The notes beneath the pieces were generated by a model that worked only from the letters and a program-made list of their open reading frames with translations, did not search any database and was not told the origin of the DNA. A program made the translations under genes and the position numbers. From Octopus vulgaris (taxonomy: Eukaryota), in the NCBI GenBank assembly GCA_951406725.2, contig OX597814.1, positions 157,976,001 to 158,040,000 on the forward strand: a stretch of DNA of 64,000 nucleotides. The letters run 5' to 3'. This document shows positions 1 to 13,179 of this stretch, one piece after another (position 1 is the stretch's first letter; each line of letters begins with the position of its first letter).

Positions 1-555
1 TCTATCTTTTTTGTGATTGACCTTTGGGGAGCTTCAATTCTCATAATATTTTGTTTTGTGTAGGGAGACCACAGTGGACAGCAGTATTCAAGGTGGGGTC
101 GGGCAAAAGTGGAGAAGAGAAGGATAATAGCGTGGGAATCTCTCGACTGGAAGGTTCTGAGAATCCAGGAACACATTCTGCGGGCCATGTCAACTTTGCT
201 GCTTATATGTGTAGCCCAGCTTATGTTGTTGTCCACTGTTACTCCCAGGTCTCTGATGTTGTTGGATGCCATGAGAATTTCTCCAGAAGGAAGAGAGTAT
301 GGGAGTTTCAGAGCGTCCTCCCTTCCAAAGTGGATCAGTTCAAATTTGTCTTCATTTAGCAACATCTTATTCTTTTCCGCCAATTGGACAACAGCCAGTT
401 GAAGGTTTATTCGGTCATCCACGCCATTGATGACCTTCTGGAGCTTGGAATCATCAGCGAAGGTTCTGATGTTACTGTGTTTGATGGTGTCAGTAATATC
501 ATTTATGTAGATGATGAAGAGAAGTGGGCCCAACACAGTGCCTTGTGGGACACCA
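1..555 (-). mobile_element. CR1/L2-like LINE reverse-transcriptase fragment, 5'-truncated, runs off window start
   Basis: Reverse complement aligns with about 2011-2575 of the LINE below (GVPQGTVLGP...ARPHLEYCCPLWSP region) with scattered substitutions. 5' end abuts (TA)n at 556-568. Confidence 0.85.
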
Positions 556-568
556 TATATATATATAT

Positions 569-688
569 AACTTCCTAATATATTTTTACAAAACTTAAAA
601 GATTTTAAATATTAAAAAAATTTAAATTAAAAAAATGTTTTAATTCATAAGAATTTAATAAAATTAAAACATCTAAAATATAATAACG

Positions 689-744
<56 letters not shown>

Positions 745-1318
745 AGTGCTAAACATAAAGAAACCCTATTTCACTATTTTATAACCACGTCAAATTAAAC
801 CACCTATCTACATAAACTTTGATAATTGTTTGTGAAATTTACCCTTATCAATACTAGTATATATTAACATTATTATGTCAAACGTAAGTTAATAATATTT
901 AAACAGTAAAAGAGCTCTATATATGTTATAAATTTATTGAATAAAACTAGTAAATGAAAATATCTACCGCAATTAATACAAGAAGAATATTTATCTGCAT
1001 GTTTACTCCTTGTTTAACCTGTGCAAATGGCTGCATCTTCTGTCCTGCGCTAAGTATTATGGGTATAAAAACACTACTCTAAATATAAAATATTCTTTAA
1101 GACTAATATAATTTGAAAGGTTGAATTCAAGGGGAGATAATTATAATTATCTTTAGGTATATTTGAATTTTTCTCGTGTTAAAGATTTAGTGATTTATTC
1201 TATTTAATATGTGGCCTGTATAATCCTTTTTTTAAGGTAATATTCTTTACATTTATTCTTGGCTTTACGTATATCCGTATCTAATACTATCATATTGTTC
1301 TATTAAAACTACTTTTAA
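569..1318. repeat. Unclassified AT-rich segment, inverted copy of about 51030-51806
   Basis: aacttcctaatatatttttacaaaac... and ...caaggggagataatt...ctttaggtatattt... match the reverse complement of 51030-51806, including the internal (TA)n tract. Confidence 0.85.
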
Positions 1319-1379
1319 CTATATATATATATATATATAACTATATATATATATATATAACTATATATATATGTATAAC

Positions 1380-1430
<51 letters not shown>

Positions 1431-1435
<5 letters not shown>

Positions 1436-3081
1436 GAAATAAAACACAATTCAGCAGTAAGCCCCGATAGGTTCCCTGCTTGTGTCCTGAAGGTGTGTCG
1501 ACACCAACTTGCATCTCCCCTTGCTAATCTGTGGAGAAACTCACTGGATGCTGGCTATATTCCAAAAAACCTTCTGTCCCAGTCTGTTGTCCCAGTTTTC
1601 AAAAAGGGAAACAAGTCCCTTGCAGTGAACTACCGTCTGATCTCACTCACCTCTCATATCATCAAGGTATTTGAGAGGGTGGTGAGATCTCGAATAACCC
1701 AATTTCTGGAAAGCAACAGACGGCTAATCTCTAACCAACATGGGTTCCGTAATGGAAGGGACTGCCTAACGCAGCTCCTGCATCACTTTGATGACATTTT
1801 GAGAGCTTTGGGAGAGGGCTCCAACACCGATGTCATCTACCTTGATTTCAGTAAGGCCTTCGACAGGGTTGATCACAAGATCCTATTGAAAAAACTATCC
1901 AACATTGGTGTCTCTAGAAAGTTACTGAAATGGATCAAGTGTTTCCTGACAGACAGATCTCAACATGTTATAGTTGAAGGGGTAAAATCAAGCCCAGCCA
2001 AAGTCAGTAGTGGCGTTCCGCAAGGCACTGTGCTGGGCCCACTTCTTTTCATCATCTACATTAATGACATTAATGACATCATCAAGCACAGCAACATAAA
2101 AATCTTTGCAGATGATTCCAAGCTACAGAAGGTCATAAATGAGGCGAGTGACCGGACATGCCTTCAGTCAGATCTACTGGCTGTTATCCAATGGGCATAA
2201 AAAAACAATATGCTGCTGAACGAGGATAAATTTGAGTTAATCCACTTTGGAAAAGAGGATGCCCTGAAACTCCCATACTCCCTTCCTTCAGGTGAAACTC
2301 TCGTGGCATCCAACAACATCAGAGACTTGGGAGTAATTGTGGACAACAACATAAGCTGGGCCATTCATATAAACACCAAAGTTGACATGGCCCGCAGAAT
2401 GTGTTCCTGGATTCTCAGAACTTTCCAGTCGAGAGATATCCACACCATTATCCTTATCTTCTCCACATTTGCCCGACCCCACCTTGAATACTGTTGTCCT
2501 CTGTGGTCTCCCCACATAAAACAAAGTATCATAAAAGTTGAAGCACCTCAAAGGGCAATCACAAAAAAGATAGATGGCATGACAGGTCTCGACTATTGGG
2601 GTCAACTAGAAAAGCTAAAACTTTATTCTCTCCAACGTCGTCGTGAGCGCTACATCATCTGCATGATGTGGAAAATATTCCATCAGCATTGCCCAAATGA
2701 TGTTGGCATCACCTTTAAGGTACATCCAAGGCTTGGGCCCCGTGCCATCCGCCCAAAACAAAAATCGCACTCTCATCTCATAACAACAATACGGCATAAT
2801 TATTTCACCTCAATTGGCCCCGCTCTCTTTAACATTACACCAAAACACATTGAAACAGAAACAGACCCTATAGGGTTCAAGAAGTCTTTGGACAGATTCC
2901 TTCAAGAAATCCCGGATAAACCCATTACACCCGGATATGTCTCTGTAAACAATAACTCTCTACTTGAGTGGGCCATAGTGCCCAAATTCTGACTTGAAAG
3001 ACTTCACCAGGTGGTGCTATTAAGTTAGACATGGCCTGGGCCAATAATGGCCGAAACCTATCAAAGTATCAAAGTATCAAA

Positions 3082-3083
<2 letters not shown>
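1431..3083 (+). mobile_element. 5'-truncated CR1-like (Jockey/CR1/L2 group) LINE ORF2 with (TATCAAAG)3 tail, inserted in (TA)n
   Basis: In-frame ORFs 1493-2200 and 2210-2992 carry NYRLISLTS, QHGFR, YLDFSKAFD, GVPQGTVLGP, FADD, RDLGV and RPHLEYC. One nonsense codon at 2198-2200, where the copy at 1-555 has GAA. 8-bp tandem tail at about 3059-3082. (TA)n on both sides. Confidence 0.92.
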
Positions 3084-3134
<51 letters not shown>

Positions 3135-3142
3135 TATATATA

Positions 3143-4544
3143 CTAGCAGTTAAGCCTGGTTTCACCCGGTCTGTTTGGATGATGTGGTTGAGATCGTTCG
3201 GTTAGGCATAATTTATAACACCGTTTCTTATGCTTATCATTTCGGGTCCCCTGTTTCGTTTGGAGCTTCCAGCTGTATGAAAATTCCTCCCCGCCCACCC
3301 CCTGCTTCAGGAGTTGTGACGAAAGAATTTGTACGTAGCCTGTTTATGAGAACCATTGTATTGGATCTCTGTCTAATTATTAAAACATTCATTTAATTAT
3401 GAACATAGAAAGAAATTATACATTAATACCTATTTTTGTAAGCAGTTGTATCCGTAAAACATTTATTTGCAGAAAGCAGAAATTGAAAGAAGATATGTGA
3501 AATGGACGTGTGTGTGTGTGTGTATGTGTTTGCGTGTATGTGTGTGTATGCATGCGTGCGCGTGTGCATGTGAGAGAGAAAGAGGATGAGAAAGAGAGAT
3601 AGAGTGAGTGAGTGTAGGTGTGTGTCACTGAGTTACGTTGGCTGGCACGGCGACTACGAAGCTTTTGAGGCGGCAGATGTTGGGATGATTTGAAAGATGT
3701 GAAGAAATGCCGTCTTTTCAGTGGAGCGCTTCTTTGTAGGCAATGTTTCTCGTTTTCCCTTCTGATGCACAAATGTATAGACTTTGTGGCCTGCCAATAC
3801 GGGATCAGCCAACGTAAAGTTGACCGTGGGAGGAAACTTGCTGTGTGAGATTTAAACCAACCATTTGCAATGATTGAACCTGTGCCTTATTTATTGTCAT
3901 TGCAAAGGAGAGTTTGATAGGAAATTGAAGCTGCTTAAACTTGTAGATAGTACCGGAGTGAGTGAGGAATATTGGGGTTATAAGAACATCTTGACCAGCG
4001 CCTGGTCCATTCAAGATGGCTGCACTCAATGAGAAGATTCCCCATGGCTGAGCCACGACTAACATTGCAAGTTGGATTTTCCTGTGTGGTCAGGTCTAGT
4101 GGTAATTTGAAGGCTGAGTGTGCCATACGACCGCCATGCAGTAGAGTTGCCGCAATGCCGCTGGATGCAACCGCTATGGCAATCCGATTTTCCTGGCGAA
4201 TTTTGGCGAGCAGGAGGTTCACGAGAAAAGTTTTTCCGGTTCTGCTGGGAGCATCCAAGAAAGCAGAAATTGAAAGAAGATATATGAAATGGATGTGTGT
4301 GTGTGTTTTTCAGGCTAATTTGGCGGATTTTTGCAGTCAGTACGAGGTGGTTTGTGTTTATCTCTCGAGTCGAAGTGTTGTTAATTTGTCTGTTATAGCA
4401 ATGCCCAGACAAATGAAAATATCTTTGTTTTTCACTCCATCGCCTGCAGTGAAAGGAGTCAGGAGCCCTTCTCCGTAAAAAATGTTTACTTTTGTAATAT
4501 AGGACTGGGTGGAAAGGGGATTTTTTTGAAGTCGGAATGAAAGC

Positions 4545-4593
<49 letters not shown>

Positions 4594-4884
4594 CGCGTGA
4601 AGCGGACGAATTGATGGGCGTGCGTGTGTATATGCGAGAGGATGTGTGTGTGAGAGAGACAGAGTGCGTGTGTGTGTGCTTGATGGGGTGTAAGATATGG
4701 ATTCCTATCTATGCACCCGTCTTCACATTTGTGCCATTTTTCACACGAATCCACCCGGCCGTTTGGCCTTGAACCTCAAGACAAGAAACAATACAGATGC
4801 AATTGAGTGTGCAAACGAAAATATGAGACACTGCTTTGAAGAAATTTTTTTGTCGAACGGATCGACCTCAGTGCTATTATATAT
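3143..4884 (-). mobile_element. Non-autonomous Helitron with internally deleted Pif1-like helicase fragment
   Basis: Minus-strand peptides DAPSRTGKTFLVNLLLA...VASSGIAATLLHGGRMAHSAFKLP and QFPIKLSFAMTINKAQ.QSL...SHGQLYVG. 3' end is hairpin ccgggtgaaaccagg plus CTAG (3143-3146). The 5' boundary is approximate. Confidence 0.85.
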
Positions 4885-4939
4885 TTTGATAATCCTAGTA
4901 ATTATTCTATCAGTCACTTCTTGTCAAACCAGTAAGTTA

Positions 4940-5170
4940 TGGAGATGTAAATATACCAAAACCAGTTGTCAAGCAGTGATGAAGAAGAAACACAGACACA
5001 AAGACACACATACACTTAGATATATGCATATATATACGATGGATTTCTTTCAGTTTCTGCTTACCAAATCCGCTCAGAAGACTTTGTTTGATCTGAGGCT
5101 GTAGCAGAAGACATATAACACGTTACCACACAGTGGGACTGCTTTGGAACCAAGTCTCTTACCACTCACC
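4940..5170 (-). mobile_element. Degenerate tRNA-derived SINE fragment, same family as 51823-52243
   Basis: ttctttcagtttctgcttaccaaatcc...gaagac...ccacacagtgggact...cttaccac matches the reverse complement of the full copy. Confidence 0.65.
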
Positions 5171-5171
5171 T

Positions 5172-5214
<43 letters not shown>

Positions 5215-5391
5215 CATGTTTTAAATAAAAGCAGCAGAAATATAACAAAAGCTATTACTTAGAGTTTCACGTTCCTGTTCGTAAGAATTTTTGTTAAAAT
5301 GGAACAGAAATAACGATAAAGAATATTACTCTATCTCTGGTATTTAAGTACTCCTTTTTCTACCTTGATTTGTATTTATGTACGTACTCCG

Positions 5392-5394
<3 letters not shown>

Positions 5395-5446
<52 letters not shown>

Positions 5447-5784
5447 CATATACATATAAGGTATTAATATATATATATGCATAAATATTCATATGAATGT
5501 ATATATGTGTGTACATGCAACATATGTATATGTATACATATATATACATTCATACGTATATTTATACATGTATATACATTCATATATACTCATATATATA
5601 TGCAGATATATAGATACATATATATACATATATAAACACATAAATCTCTGTATATACATGTATATATACTTATATATATATATGCATCTATACATAAACA
5701 TGCATACTATACATCTATATATCTACATATGTGCAGATGTATACATACATACATAAATACACACACACACACACACATACACAC

Positions 5785-5847
<63 letters not shown>

Positions 5848-5910
5848 TATATAATATATAATATATGTATATATGATATATAATGCATGTATGTATACAT
5901 AATATATATA

Positions 5911-5946
<36 letters not shown>

Positions 5947-5965
5947 TGTATGTATGTATGCATAT
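5395..5965. repeat. Compound (TA)n/(CA)n/(TATG)n low-complexity tract
   Basis: Directly visible; source of spurious Y/I/H/T-rich ORFs. Confidence 0.95.
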
Positions 5966-6264
5966 ATCCATGTATATGTGTGAGACGTATATCTGAGATA
6001 ATAGTTTTACTTTAATAGCTTCAGTATTAATAGTGAAACTATTTATGTGAAAATATCTCACGTTACAATAGAGATTTGTTATTGTTTCCTTTTTGACACG
6101 TATTACTTGAAATACTCTAAGAGATAAGAGATTGCTCTGAGCTCGCATTAGGCAAGAAGTGGAAAACTTTTCCGACCCATGATGCTGCATGCAAACTAAG
6201 GATGGCATGTGTAAAATTTGAATGAAATCGGTTGATTCCGTGTTCTATTCCAGGCAGTGAACTA

Positions 6265-6335
<71 letters not shown>

Positions 6336-6352
6336 TGATGATGATAATAATA

Positions 6353-6403
<51 letters not shown>

Positions 6404-6433
6404 ATGATGATATTGATAATAATAATAATAATG

Positions 6434-6516
<83 letters not shown>

Positions 6517-6529
6517 AACAACAACAACA
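6265..6529. repeat. (AAT)n/(GAT)n/(AAC)n compound trinucleotide microsatellite
   Basis: Directly visible. Confidence 0.95.
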
Positions 6530-6575
6530 TCGAAAAATACCTTAGGAATGAGAACCAGTTTCGAAATTTTCCCAA

Positions 6576-6621
6576 GACACCTGATGAAGGCTGGAGTCTA
6601 TATGAGCCGAAAAGTTGTGTT
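6576..6621 (+). ncRNA. Minimal type I hammerhead ribozyme-like motif (Penelope pLTR type)
   Basis: GACAC-CTGATGA-a-GGCT...AGCC-GAAA-ag-T-T-GTGTT: stem I GACAC/GTGTT, intact CUGAUGA and GAAA cores, very short stem III. Confidence 0.6.
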
Positions 6622-6779
6622 AACAACAAACAAGATGAAGACAAATATCCGACAAATATAACTAACATAAATAATATACACAATTCATCATCTCTTAAAT
6701 ACAGAACTACAAGAAATACACAAGTGAATTATGATATACTTGTTTGTTATAACTGGTGTTTCTCTTTTGTCTAACCGTA

Positions 6780-6814
<35 letters not shown>

Positions 6815-6815
6815 G

Positions 6816-6846
<31 letters not shown>

Positions 6847-7034
6847 TTGTGTGTGTCCGCGTGCGTGTTTGTGCGCGTGTGTGTGTGTTTGTGTGTGTGT
6901 ATATACATAAATTTTAGAACAACCATGTAGCAAGTCAACAATGATATAATTAAATCAAAATATGTAGAACAAAATTAAATATACGATAAAACATTTACCT
7001 ATAATTAAGTAAAGTACAAAATAATAAATAAATA

Positions 7035-7074
<40 letters not shown>

Positions 7075-7154
7075 AAGTTGAGTTGTGGGGTATCGCACGA
7101 GTGGGATTATATAAGAAAAAAGGTTTGAAAATGCAATTTAAACGATGTTTATTT

Positions 7155-7195
7155 ACTTAACCGGTTTCACTCTTTGGTAAAAGATTGTCAAAAGT
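7155..7195 (-). ncRNA. Hammerhead-like motif with variant core
   Basis: Minus strand ACTT-TTGACAA-TCTTT tacc AAAGA gt-GAAA-CCGG-T-T-AAGT: stem I ACTT/AAGT and palindromic stem III ACCGGT. Confidence 0.45.
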
Positions 7196-7210
7196 TACAT
7201 TTAAGGAAAC

Positions 7211-7436
7211 ATTGAATAATATGGGTTCAAAAAAGTTTTTTACATAATTGTCACATTGAATATTATGCATTCAAAAAAGTTTTTTACATAATTGTCACAT
7301 TGGATATTATGGGTTCAAAAAAAGTTTTTTACATAATTGTCACATTGAATATTATGCATTCAAAAAAGTTTTTTACATAATTGTCACATTGGATATTATG
7401 AATTCAAAAATGTTTTTTTATACATAATTGTCACAT
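7211..7436. repeat. Minisatellite, about 44-45 bp x5
   Basis: Unit attg(a/g)atattatg(ca/gg)ttcaaaaaagttttttacataattgtcac repeated 5 times. Confidence 0.9.
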
Positions 7437-7795
7437 TATTTGGGAAAATTTGGCAGAAAAGGATAAAACAAATATATTATTGGGAATTGGTTGCGTTAAT
7501 TATTGGTTGTCGCAAATTGTCACATTACATGTATATATATACAATCTTTGGTATATATATACAGCGTTTTGACAGCAAAAATTAAAATGGATTTTTTGTA
7601 CATCTCAGAATATTTTAAGTATGTTTTTACTGACCTGTCAGTATTAGCAGAAAGGCTGAACTGAGAGAACAGAAGAAGTAGCCAATGTGGTGTATACTTC
7701 CCCTTTATGCATGAATGATTTTGGGGTTATCAGGAGTTTGTATGCGGGTGTGAATAGATGTGTCCGTGCCTGCTGGTCAGACAGCGTCTGTTTGT

Positions 7796-8014
7796 CACAC
7801 ACATATATATACACACAAACACACACACACACAACAACACACACACACACACACATAGTATACAAACACACACCACATACAAACAACACACACACACACA
7901 GAACACACACACCCACACACAACGCACCCACATATATCACATATACACACAGCACACAAATATAACATGTATCTATATATAACATACACAGATATATAAC
8001 ACACATACACACAC

Positions 8015-8066
<52 letters not shown>

Positions 8067-8805
8067 TACATACATAATATAAATATCACACAAATACACC
8101 TAGCATATATATACACACATACAATACACACATACAGCATGTAAGTAATATACATACACAATATATGCATGCAATATACATACGCAATACATACATATAA
8201 TATATATATATATAGACAATGCATATACATATATACACATATACATATAAATAGTGTTTACATACACATACATAGATGTACCACATATACACACAACACA
8301 CATACATACAATGCATACACATACACGTACGCATACATATAATATATATATACACACACACACACATAACATACATACACACACAATGCATACATATATA
8401 TACACGCAATGCATATACATGTATTCATGCACATATAGCACACCTACAATATACATATATACAGTGCACACATACACACAAATATATACACTTAATTGTA
8501 CACGTACATATACAATACACATACATACAATATACATATACACAATGCGCATGCAAATAATGTACATGTTTATACACACATAAACATGCAAATAAATACA
8601 CACACACACACACATACACACACACACATATATATACACATATATATATATATATATATACACACATGCATACATACATACATGCACATACATATATTTT
8701 TTCACACACATACACACACATATATATATATAAAAAATTCACCACCCCCCACACACACAAACAAAGTACTAACATATACATACATACCATGCATATACAC
8801 ACACA

Positions 8806-8854
<49 letters not shown>

Positions 8855-9026
8855 CAGATACATATGTAAATACATACACACGTACACAATGCTCACACAC
8901 ACACACACACACACATACACACACACCCGCACACAGTGCACACACACACACACATATATACACACGTGCACACACACACACACATACAACGCGCGCACAC
9001 ACACATATACACACACACGCACACAG

Positions 9027-9073
<47 letters not shown>

Positions 9074-9095
9074 GTATATATAAATATGTATATAT
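7796..9095. repeat. About 1.3 kb degenerate (CA)n/(TA)n compound microsatellite
   Basis: Directly visible. Confidence 0.95.
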
Positions 9096-9223
9096 AGGAA
9101 CGATTGTGTGGTAAGTAAGTTTCTTACTAACAAGATAGTTCCAGGTTCAGTCCCATTGCGTGGCACCTTGGGCAAAGGTCCTCTACTATAACATCTGGCC
9201 GACCAAAAGAGATCGACCAAAAG

Positions 9224-9226
<3 letters not shown>
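9096..9226 (+). mobile_element. Internally deleted tRNA-derived SINE
   Basis: tgtgtggtaagtaagtttcttac...ggttcagtcccattgcgtggcaccttgggcaa matches the head of 51823-52243. Inverted counterpart of 48660-48886. Confidence 0.8.
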
Positions 9227-9274
<48 letters not shown>

Positions 9275-10265
9275 TGTTTTATTTTTCCGAAGAAGGGGAA
9301 AGATTCCTCAGAAGACCAAATGAGGTACAGAAAGAAATTATGGGAGACTGCTAATCAATTAGTGCATATCAATAGGATGATGCAAAGTGGATTTCAGATA
9401 AATTTTAAAAAGCATGATGTTCACGCACCACTCGAATCATCAGGCATGAACTACTACACACAAGCGTTTGCATACGCACCCACACAGACACGCCCATACA
9501 GACACACCCACACAGATAGACAGACACACACATACACACACGATAACCTCACACACACGCTGTGCATAGCCCCTCACACATATGCACAGGTTCATACACA
9601 AACACCACTCACACACAAATACACGAAACGCGCATCGCTCCGCAAAACGCACGCACTAGGTTATTTATACACATGCACACACTCCCAAACGCACATACAG
9701 GTCCATCCGATTACTCACGCACAAATATACACGATAGCCTCACACGCATACACACGCCCCTACGTACGCACACACATGCGCGCGAATACACGAAACGCAC
9801 ATCTCTCAACACAACCCTTGTACTAGGTTACTTATAAACTTGTACACACACGCCCTCATTCACACATACATTGACACATGCACCATCAACGCATACGCAA
9901 AGGCGCTTTCACGCAACCGTTTTGATCCGGTCATTTCATCATACTGAACAATTATTCCCTACACATTTCCCCCCCCTTTTTTTTCATTCTCTCTCCGTCT
10001 TTTTCCTCTCAATCCTTTCTGTCGAAGAGCGTAAACTCAAACGGTTAAAGACGTTTCGAGCGTTAAACTAATTCACCTGCTTATCGCTCCCTAAATTGTT
10101 TTCAGGCTTTGTTTTGTGTAAAACTGAACCATATGACATGTACACTCATACACACATGCGCAAATACACACACACATGCACACAAATACACAGATACACA
10201 GAGACAAGCATATACAGAGACACACACTTATGTATGTGTATATGTGTATATGCATACATACATAA

Positions 10266-10298
<33 letters not shown>

Positions 10299-10593
10299 CA
10301 CGCAAAATCAAACACACTCACATAAACACACACAAACTCACACACACAAACACATACATACATATTACAATAGGTAAAGAGAAAAAGAGTAAGAGGGATG
10401 ATAAAAGGTCATGATAAAAGAAATTAAAGCAACAGAAAACTGGCTTACACAGTCATTACACAACACATATTCCACACGCGCAAATACACATATACAATGT
10501 TTATAATTGATACTTTTTACTGTTTTAAATTTAGGCAAATATATCTATGTGTATCTGTGTATTTATACATGTATATACACATGTTTGTATATA

Positions 10594-10660
<67 letters not shown>

Positions 10661-10710
10661 GTTTGTGTGTATGTATATACATACATATATATATGTGTGT
10701 GTATAGATGC

Positions 10711-10815
<105 letters not shown>

Positions 10816-10867
10816 TATATATAAGTATGTATATCTGTAAATGTAAATGTAATAATTCGGTAGCCTT

Positions 10868-10930
10868 GATAAAACTCCGAGTTTCGGATGCCGAAGTGGA
10901 AATCCACACGCTACCATCTCTTCAGTTATC
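10868..10930 (-). ncRNA. Type I hammerhead ribozyme motif, best-preserved candidate in the window
   Basis: Minus strand GATAA-CTGAAGA-GATG...(GTGGA tt TCCAC)...CATC c-GAAA-CTC g GAG-T-T-TTATC: 5-bp stem I, intact cores, stem III ACTC/GAGT, GUU cleavage triplet. Confidence 0.65.
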
Positions 10931-11673
10931 CGGCCATCGGAAAAATGCTAGGGAAAATGACCGTTATACAAAGGGAAATTACTGTGATTGACCGTTATTA
11001 AGAAAAAAGAGCTACTTCAATGAGCGCTAAGTGAGGGAAGAGAGTGAAATTAAGGGGGTAAATAGTTCATAGTATTCGCGTAAGGGAGTGTACAAAGAGT
11101 CAACCATACCCATATGCACGCACACACACACGCCTACATACGCACATACCTGCACGCGTCTATATACGCACACACACACGCACGCACAAAAAAGATCATA
11201 CATACGTCTATACACAAGAAAAAACAAGGTTAAGTGCAAAAATACAGGAAAATGTGTAAAAACACTAAGTAAAACACGTCTATATACGCACATACTCTCA
11301 TGCATGCACACGCGTACACATCTATATACGCACATACCCGCACACACGCACATATACACGCACGCACAAAAGATTCCATATACGCACAGGGAAAAACAGG
11401 GTGGCATGTAGAATACAGAAAAATTATGTGTAACAAATATATCAGCAATAAACCTATAAACCATGTACAAAAAGTATTAAAAAAATATACAAGAAATAAA
11501 AGTAAAAAGTATAAAGAGGTAAAAAGCTTGGGCGTGGACACAATATAGAAAGCAAGTTCTATGCGTAGTCTCGGGGGAACCAAAAATGTAACAGATATTT
11601 GGCCACGTATGGGCATAACGCGAAGAGTTCAGTTCTTGAATGCAGACATGTAGCGGGTTCTAAACTACATGTC

Positions 11674-11788
<115 letters not shown>

Positions 11789-12905
11789 GTGTGTGTTTGT
11801 GTGTATATAATCTATGCATGTTTATGAAGGACTTATATGCGTCTGCTAGCATTTCTGCTTAAAAAGCAAAAGAAAATGTAAATGGTAGCATCCCCCTCTC
11901 TCTACCAAAGCTATAAATTTAACATTGTTCATGCATGTGTGGGTGTGTGTGTATGTGAGCGAATACTCGCTAATATATAAGTGCATATTTATACATACGC
12001 ACGCACGCACGCACGCACACATAAGACGAAAGATCTGCGTGTGTTTATGAGTGTGTGTATATGTCACCGGCCATCAGCTTAATCCCACGTAAAATCGATA
12101 CGTTTTCATCCGATTTCGTCCATGCTTTGCAGATATATCCCTTATGTTCCACAGAAGGTTCTACACTCTTTAGATTTGTCACTTATGTAGTAATGGGACA
12201 TTTAGGTTCAGAAGGTCAGAAAAACCTTCTATAGTTACTATTGTGGACAAGGGAGGTAACTCTTTACGAAGTAATGGTCGGAAAGTGATTGTCTCCCTTA
12301 CACCGGAAGGTGCGTGTGTGTTGCCTCATTCGACTGAATAACATGTATGCAGTATGCATGTGTATTTATGTATGTACGTGTATATGGCTGCTAATGGATG
12401 GACGTATGTATTTGTGTGTGTGTGTGTGTGACTGATCCTACCCATTTTAAACATACATGACAACATGTCTCTCTCTCTCTCTCCCAGTTAATCACTCAGA
12501 CACTCACTAAAAAAGATGCGAAGAATACTAAATAAATAAAAAATTAGGCTATTTCACCCTCCCTCTCTGTCTCACACACAGTGGCACTTTCTTTCTCTCT
12601 CTTTCTCTCTCTCTTTCCTTCTCCCTCTCTCTCACACATACAACACACACTTTCTGTCTGGCACCCCCATCAACACATGCACATGTCCCTATCAATTTTC
12701 TCTCTCTTTCACTTCACCCTGACATCAAACATACATTTCCACCCACAAAAGTAAATAAATTTTTTAAAAATTACGGATTTTACCGAACGCTTTACCTTAA
12801 AGGCTGTCGGATCAGATGTTTAGTTTGACATTTTTGCGAGTCATATAGAAATATCGCCCAACTTCGTCCTCAGAAACATCTACACACATACACACACTGG
12901 CGGAC

Positions 12906-13105
12906 ATCTTCTTAGACGCAACAAGTCATACTGGAAAAACATTCTTCCTGAATCTTCTTGCGAAGTTGCGGCATAATGGTGACCTTATTATTGCTGTTGC
13001 CTCCTCATGAATATCCTCGACTCTTCTTGACGGCAGACGAACAGCATACTCTGCCTTCAAATTGCCTTTCAATATAGCACATCAAGAAAACCCAAAGTGC
13101 CGCAT
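12906..13105 (+). mobile_element. Degenerate Helitron helicase fragment
   Basis: Translates FLDATSHTGKTFFLNLLAKLRHNGDLIIAVASS*ISSTLLDGRRTAYSAFKLPFNIAHQENPKC, homologous to 3935-4258. Confidence 0.75.
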
Positions 13106-13179
13106 AATGCATTCCTCGGAATATATGTATCTTATGCACACACACACACACGTATATATATATTCTCACACACACAACA

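Noticed and set aside
24-578. Plus-strand ORFs 24-359, 109-402 and 384-578 as genes
   Set aside because: Antisense frames of the minus-strand LINE RT.
760-800. Hammerhead-like ttgacg(a/t)-ggttat aaa atagt-gaaa in block A and its mirror at about 51560-51590
   Set aside because: Each copy lacks part of the core and stems I/III are not evident; at most a relic.
7211-7436. CRISPR-like repeat-spacer appearance
   Set aside because: The would-be spacers are near-identical, there are no cas genes, and the context is eukaryotic; it is a minisatellite.
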